Positions 5,485-9,513 of a stretch of 9,513 bases of DNA are shown piece by piece. A program made the translations under genes and the position numbers. The notes beneath the pieces are model-generated. The model saw only the letters and a list, made by a program, of their open reading frames with translations, ran no database searches and was not told the DNA's origin. Source of the stretch: a virus (taxonomy: Duplodnaviria; Heunggongvirae; Uroviricota; Caudoviricetes); the IMG/VR virus record IMGVR_UViG_2703718777_000005, positions 1 through 9,513 of that record; one strand, given 5' to 3'. How positions within the stretch are numbered: the stretch's first letter is position 1; every line of letters starts with the position of its first letter.

Positions 5485-7365
5485 ATGACGCCAAGTGAAC
5501 TTAGCGACCTGCTTTGGGCGCAGGTTGACAGGGTGGCTCCGCACCTGTTGCCAAACGGCAAGAAAGAGGGGCATGAGTGGGTTGCCGGTAACGTTAACGG
5601 TGACAAGGGAAACAGCCTTAAGGTCAACCTTAGCGGCAAGAAAAAATGGGCTGATTTCGCTGAGGGAGACGGCGGTGACATGCTTGATTTGTGGATGGCA
5701 TGTCGTGGAATTAACCTGCATCAGGCTATGCAGGAAGCGAAAGCATTTCTCGGTATCAAGGATGACGATCACCATTTCGATGCCAGACGTGAGAAGAAAT
5801 TCTCCAGACCTGATCGCAAGAAAATCGCCCGCTACGTTACCAGAACAGAATCCCATCTTGAGTACCTGCAATCGCGTGGCATATCGCCAGAAGTCGTAAA
5901 GCGCTACGAGGTTGTCAGCGGCAAGGTGTGGAATGGAGAACGAGAACTGGATGCTCTGGTGATTCCGTACAAACGCGATGGTGAGTTGTTGCAGGTCAAG
6001 CGAATCAGCACTGAGCGCCCGGACGGGAAGAAAGTCATTATGGCAGAAGGTGATTGCGAACCTTGTCTGTTCGGATGGCAGGCTCTGGACGCTGGCGTGA
6101 GGGCGGTTGTACTTTGCGAAGGCGAAATTGATTGTATGAGCTATGCGCAATACGGCATCTCGGCGTTATCCGTGCCGTTTGGTGGCGGGAAAGGTGCTAA
6201 GCAACAGTGGATTGAGTTTGAGTATCACAACCTCGACAGGTTTGAGGAAATATTCATCTCGATGGACGTTGATGATGTTGGTCGTGAAGCCGCAAGGGAA
6301 ATCGCAAGCCGACTCGGTGAACATCGTTGCCGTCTTGTTACTCTGCCGTACAAAGACATCAACGAATGCCTGATGAACGGTGTTACCGAGGATGAAATCT
6401 GGCAGTACATCGGCACGGCATCCTACTTCGATCCTGAAGAACTCTACAGTGCGCGAGAGTTTTACCAGGACACTATCAACGCTTTCTACGGCAAGCAGCA
6501 GTATCTGTTTAATCCACCGTGGGAATCTCTGGCAGATAAATTCCAGTTCCGTGAGGCAGAGTTGACGCTGGTCAATGGTGTGAACGGTCACGGAAAAACG
6601 GAGGTTGTCGGGCATATGGCACTTGAGGCAATGCGTCAGGGTGTGAAGACGTGCATCGCGTCACTTGAGCTGAAGCCTGGTATTCTCCTTAAGCGCCTTA
6701 CCCGTCAGGCGACGTGCTGCAAGATGCCGCCAGTGCTGGAAATTGACTCTGCATTTAAATTCTATGACGAAAGACTTTGGGTGTTTGGCCTGACCGGAAC
6801 GGCGAAAGCCGACAGGCTGATCGAAATATTCGACTACGCTCGCCGCCGGTACGGCATCCAGTTATTCATCATCGACAGCCTGATGAAATGCGGCATAGGT
6901 GACGATGACTATAACGGGCAGAAGGCGTTTGTTGACTCGATTTGCGACTTCAAAAACAAAACAAACTCCCACGTCATTCTCGTTACTCACTCGCGAAAAG
7001 GAGACAGCGAAGAAAAACCAACCGGGAAAATGGACGTAAAAGGCTCTGGAGCGATAACAGACCTGACAGACAACCTTTTCATCATCTGGCGTAACAAGGC
7101 TCGCGAGAGAGCGTTACAGAGAGTTCAGAGTGGTGAAAAGATGTCAGAGAAGGACGAACAGCTACTGGCATCTCCGGCATCTGTTTTGATGCTTGAAAAA
7201 CAACGTAACGGCGAAGGTTGGGAAGGTGGTGTCCCGTTGTTCCTTGACGAGCAATCGCACCAGTTCCTGCAACTTGAATCAGGATCGCCATATAGCTACA
7301 TCGCCAATATGCCGAAATCGGAATATGACGAGGCGTGGCGACAGGAAAACGTAACGGAGTATTAA
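5485..7365 (+). CDS. Bifunctional DNA primase/helicase (toprim domain plus DnaB/RepA-like RecA-fold helicase)
   Basis: 626-aa ORF. Toprim-like acidic motif VVLCEGEIDCMSYAQ; Walker A NGVNGHGKTEV; Walker B LFIIDSLMK. GAGGG lies 5 nt upstream of the ATG. It occupies the lambda P position. Confidence 0.85.
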   Translation: MTPSELSDLLWAQVDRVAPHLLPNGKKEGHEWVAGNVNGDKGNSLKVNLSGKKKWADFAEGDGGDMLDLWMACRGINLHQAMQEAKAFLGIKDDDHHFDARREKKFSRPDRKKIARYVTRTESHLEYLQSRGISPEVVKRYEVVSGKVWNGERELDALVIPYKRDGELLQVKRISTERPDGKKVIMAEGDCEPCLFGWQALDAGVRAVVLCEGEIDCMSYAQYGISALSVPFGGGKGAKQQWIEFEYHNLDRFEEIFISMDVDDVGREAAREIASRLGEHRCRLVTLPYKDINECLMNGVTEDEIWQYIGTASYFDPEELYSAREFYQDTINAFYGKQQYLFNPPWESLADKFQFREAELTLVNGVNGHGKTEVVGHMALEAMRQGVKTCIASLELKPGILLKRLTRQATCCKMPPVLEIDSAFKFYDERLWVFGLTGTAKADRLIEIFDYARRRYGIQLFIIDSLMKCGIGDDDYNGQKAFVDSICDFKNKTNSHVILVTHSRKGDSEEKPTGKMDVKGSGAITDLTDNLFIIWRNKARERALQRVQSGEKMSEKDEQLLASPASVLMLEKQRNGEGWEGGVPLFLDEQSHQFLQLESGSPYSYIANMPKSEYDEAWRQENVTEY

Positions 7366-7635
7366 ATGAATAAAAAACAATTAGCCATTCTCGAAAAGGC
7401 ATGGGATGCACAAATATCATGCGCTTTGAAAGAACAGGCACTACCAATAATCCAGACCAAATCGAAAATAGCCAGGCAGTTATGCGATGAAGGATTCCTG
7501 AACGAAGTTGAGATTACGCACCAGATGGTAACGTTCAAAGGGTATGAGATAAATCATCATGGTATAGCGGCGTATTGCTCCCATCTTCCTGATGACGTTG
7601 ACATTGATGAAATGGAAAGGGAGATGAAGCAATGA
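7366..7635 (+). CDS. Hypothetical protein (89 aa)
   Basis: ATG immediately follows the primase-helicase TAA (TAAATG); GGAG 7 nt upstream. No family recognised. Confidence 0.5.
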   Translation: MNKKQLAILEKAWDAQISCALKEQALPIIQTKSKIARQLCDEGFLNEVEITHQMVTFKGYEINHHGIAAYCSHLPDDVDIDEMEREMKQ

Positions 7636-7660
7636 CCATCTACATCACTGAGCTAATAAC

Positions 7661-7692
7661 AGGCCTGCTGGTAATCGCAGGCCTTTTTATTT
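7661..7692 (+). terminator. Intrinsic terminator (tR2-like) between the replication genes and the nin-region genes
   Basis: 8-bp stem AGGCCTGC / GCAGGCCT (7661-7668 and 7677-7684) with an 8-nt loop, followed by TTTTATTT (7685-7692). Confidence 0.55.
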
Positions 7693-7707
7693 GGGGGAGA
7701 GTAAATC

Positions 7708-7914
7708 GTGGCTGAGTTAATTTTCTCTGCATTGAGGATTCTCGGTGCTATGTGGATGGTGGCGACATTCATTGTTGTTGTCAGCAGTTTTGTCCGGTTG
7801 GTAGGCGAAGGTAAAGACCTGGTGGGTGTGCTTTTCGGTAGCATTCTCCTGTGGGTGATTATCGGTGTTGCGCCTGTTGCTGTAGCAAAAATGGCGTGGC
7901 GTTTTGTTAGTTGA
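7708..7914 (+). CDS. Small hydrophobic (two predicted TM segments) hypothetical protein, GTG start
   Basis: 68-aa ORF starting at GTG with GGGGGAGAG 7-8 nt upstream. Strongly hydrophobic (MWMVATFIVVVSSF ... LLWVIIGVAPVAVA). Confidence 0.5.
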   Translation: MAELIFSALRILGAMWMVATFIVVVSSFVRLVGEGKDLVGVLFGSILLWVIIGVAPVAVAKMAWRFVS

Positions 7915-8058
7915 GGTGACGATGAAGCAAATATCACTTCAATAAATCGCTTTTAAGGCATCACAATCGCTCTGTGGTGAGGTAAGCATGTGCAAGGCAT
8001 GTCGATAGGCAGCGAGAATGAAAAATGCGTCAGAATGCGTTTGAGGAGGTTTTAAGAA

Positions 8059-8274
8059 ATGAGTACGATAGCTGAGCTTGTCAGGGCTAATTTTCGTGAA
8101 GAGTTGGTGCGTTGGTATCGGTATCGTTCATCGTCCAGTTTGCCGCTTGATGAGTTGTATGAGCACTCACCTGCCGCACGGCGCTATCCGCGTGACCGTG
8201 TTCTTCGACGGTTGTTCAGACTCAATAATGAGTTTCAGCGCAACAGAATTATCCGGAGTCTGGATTTAAAGTGA
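8059..8274 (+). CDS. Hypothetical protein (71 aa, Arg-rich)
   Basis: ATG with GAGGAGG 9 nt upstream. Preferred over the overlapping out-of-frame ORF 8078..8269, which lacks an RBS. Confidence 0.45.
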   Translation: MSTIAELVRANFREELVRWYRYRSSSSLPLDELYEHSPAARRYPRDRVLRRLFRLNNEFQRNRIIRSLDLK

Positions 8275-8284
8275 AGGAGTGAGC

Positions 8285-8467
8285 ATGAGCGAGCAAATAT
8301 TCAGAGAGATTAAGCCACGGTTTTATCGCAAGGTAAGGGTGGTTTATCAGGACGAAAACAAGACATGTGCATACGCCATTCATAATGGTCGGTGGTCAGT
8401 GTTCGACACCAAAAACTTCGAGAAGAACTTCGAGAGGATTAAGGGTGATGAGGAAACTAACATTTGA
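8285..8467 (+). CDS. Hypothetical protein (60 aa)
   Basis: ATG at 8285 with AAGGAG 5 nt upstream. The track ORF starts at GTG 8279, but the ATG has the better RBS spacing. Its 3' end overlaps the ninB start by 20 nt. Confidence 0.4.
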   Translation: MSEQIFREIKPRFYRKVRVVYQDENKTCAYAIHNGRWSVFDTKNFEKNFERIKGDEETNI

Positions 8468-8864
8468 ACTAAGAAGCCCCATCCATCAGCAGAACGCCAT
8501 TCAAGCTATCCAGCAAATTCTTCCAGACCCAACCAAACCAATCGTAGTAACCATTCAGGAACGCAACCGCAGCATTCGGCAAAATGCACGCCTTCACGCG
8601 ATGCTATCTGAAATAAGTAAGAAGGCTACATATCACGGAAAAGCAAGAAATATTGAGTTTTGGAAGGGGTTATTCGTTTCTGGTTGGCAGATTGCAACCA
8701 ACCAGCACCCTGAGATTATATCAGGGTTAGAAGGTGAGCTAATAAACATCAGAGAGAGTACGGCGACTCTATCTGTAAAAAAAATATCCGAAATAATGGA
8801 CTACATAGAAGCATATTGTGCCATGAACTCAATTCATCTTAGCGAATGGAGGAATTATGATTGA
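8448..8864 (+). CDS. ninB: NinB-family recombination protein with a divergent C-terminal half
   Basis: From the internal ATG at 8448: MRKLTFELRSPIHQQNAIQAIQQILPDPTKPIVVTIQERNRS, near-identical to the lambda NinB N-terminus as recalled. Total length 138 aa versus about 146 in lambda. The ORF ends EWRNYD* instead of the lambda-type EWKARWGDRAA*. Confidence 0.8.
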   Translation: MRKLTFELRSPIHQQNAIQAIQQILPDPTKPIVVTIQERNRSIRQNARLHAMLSEISKKATYHGKARNIEFWKGLFVSGWQIATNQHPEIISGLEGELINIRESTATLSVKKISEIMDYIEAYCAMNSIHLSEWRNYD

Positions 8865-9459
8865 GGTTTGGGTAGATATCGAAGGGATTCCATTTTATCA
8901 GGTTAGCAATAAAGGAAATTTCAGGTCTATTACGAGGGAAGTTACAGTAACATCAACCAGACAGAGGCCATATAAGAAAATAATTAATGGCACTAGTGTA
9001 AAACCATTCAAGTGCAAGTCGACAGGATATCTTCAAATAAAGGTATACGGTAAGAAATACAGCGCCCACAGGATAGTTGCGAAAGCATTCTGTACAGGGT
9101 TCTGTGATGGCTTGGTAGTTAATCACAAAAATGGGCGAAGAGATGACAATAGGGCTGATAACCTTGAATGGGTATCACATTCTGAAAACTCAAAACACGG
9201 ATATAAACAAAATGGAAGAATACCTATATCGCTAGGTAAATTTAGTGGTGACCATCCTGCCAGTAAAGCTGTTATTTCTACTGACATGAAAACTGGGGAG
9301 GAGGTTTATTATGAAGCAGCTATGGATGCTGTCAGAGAAGGATTTGATAGTTCGTCAATTAGTCGTTGCTGTAATGGCGAAAGCTCATATCACAAAGGAA
9401 GATTCTGGCGATTTGCAAATGAAAAAATGAAAGCGCGATGGGGAGATCGGGCTGCATGA
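8857..9459 (+). CDS. HNH homing endonuclease (NUMOD4-like N-terminus plus HNH motif)
   Basis: 200-aa ORF. N-terminus WVDIEGIPFYQVSNKGNFRS (NUMOD4-like); HNH core AHRIVAKAF ... VVNHKNGRRDDNRADNLEWVSHSEN. GGAGG lies 4 nt upstream. The last 9 codons (KARWGDRAA) match the lambda NinB C-terminus. Confidence 0.8.
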   Translation: MIEVWVDIEGIPFYQVSNKGNFRSITREVTVTSTRQRPYKKIINGTSVKPFKCKSTGYLQIKVYGKKYSAHRIVAKAFCTGFCDGLVVNHKNGRRDDNRADNLEWVSHSENSKHGYKQNGRIPISLGKFSGDHPASKAVISTDMKTGEEVYYEAAMDAVREGFDSSSISRCCNGESSYHKGRFWRFANEKMKARWGDRAA

Positions 9460-9513
9460 CTATCAAATCAAATACGCCAGCACACAACAAGGACTGCTGG
9501 CAAACGCCGCTTT
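9456..9513 (+). CDS. Partial CDS (5' end only); possible phage Dam-type N6-adenine methyltransferase
   Basis: ATG overlaps the HNH stop (ATGA). Translation MTIKSNTPAHNKDCWQTPL contains the D-x-W-x-TP motif typical of N-termini of phage Dam-family methyltransferases. Only 19 codons fall in the window. Confidence 0.35.
   Translation, partial: MTIKSNTPAHNKDCWQTPL

Noticed and set aside
5416-7447. Minus-strand ORFs 5416..6150, 5469..5681, 6166..6615, 6225..6416 and 7082..7447, and plus-strand alternate-frame ORFs 5495..5899, 6143..6373 and 6380..6565
   Set aside because: All lie antisense to or out of frame within the 626-aa primase-helicase gene, which has clear Walker and toprim motifs. Their translations lack recognisable motifs.
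7632-7715. 27-aa ORF (MTIYITELITGLLVIAGLFIWGRVNRG) overlapping the tR2-like terminator
   Set aside because: The hairpin sequence is more parsimoniously a terminator, and the ORF is very short. Not called as a gene, though a micro-peptide cannot be excluded.
7653-7937. Minus-strand ORF 7653..7937
   Set aside because: Antisense to the hydrophobic 68-aa gene and the terminator; no RBS; opposite to operon direction.
8078-8269. ORF 8078..8269 (+), alternate frame of the 71-aa gene
   Set aside because: No RBS, and it lies within the better-supported 8059..8274 ORF, which has GAGGAGG upstream.
8367-8447. N-terminal extension of the NinB ORF (track start 8367)
   Set aside because: Homology to NinB begins at the internal Met (8448), and the extension overlaps the preceding gene. 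The upstream Met is unlikely to be the true start.
1-9513. CRISPR arrays, tRNA/rRNA genes, integrase or attachment sites, IS elements
   Set aside because: No regularly spaced repeat-spacer arrays, no tRNA-like cloverleaf candidates, and no transposase or integrase ORFs were seen. The only direct repeat found is the single 15-bp pair flanking the 113-aa ORF.

Overview
This window reads as the immunity, early-replication and proximal nin region of a mosaic lambdoid prophage (enterobacterial type). Leftward (- strand): an N-type antiterminator (P22 gp24-like) with a nutL boxB, then an intrinsic terminator, then a four-ORF cargo cassette sitting where lambda carries rexAB, between the CI repressor and the pL/nutL region. 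The cassette comprises a 113-aa ORF flanked by a 15-bp direct repeat, a 153-aa ORF translationally coupled to a 348-aa Hanks-type (eukaryotic-like) protein kinase, and a 54-aa basic ORF. Rightward (+ strand): a Cro-like regulator, nutR, a CII homolog with a lambda-like C-terminus, a winged-HTH replication initiator candidate, a toprim/DnaB-like primase-helicase, a tR2-like terminator, small nin-region ORFs, NinB, an HNH homing endonuclease apparently inserted into the 3' end of ninB, and the start of a possible Dam-like methyltransferase. The kinase cassette is the best candidate for an undescribed prophage-encoded exclusion/defence system. All calls rest on reading the sequence and on remembered family signatures; no database search was run.
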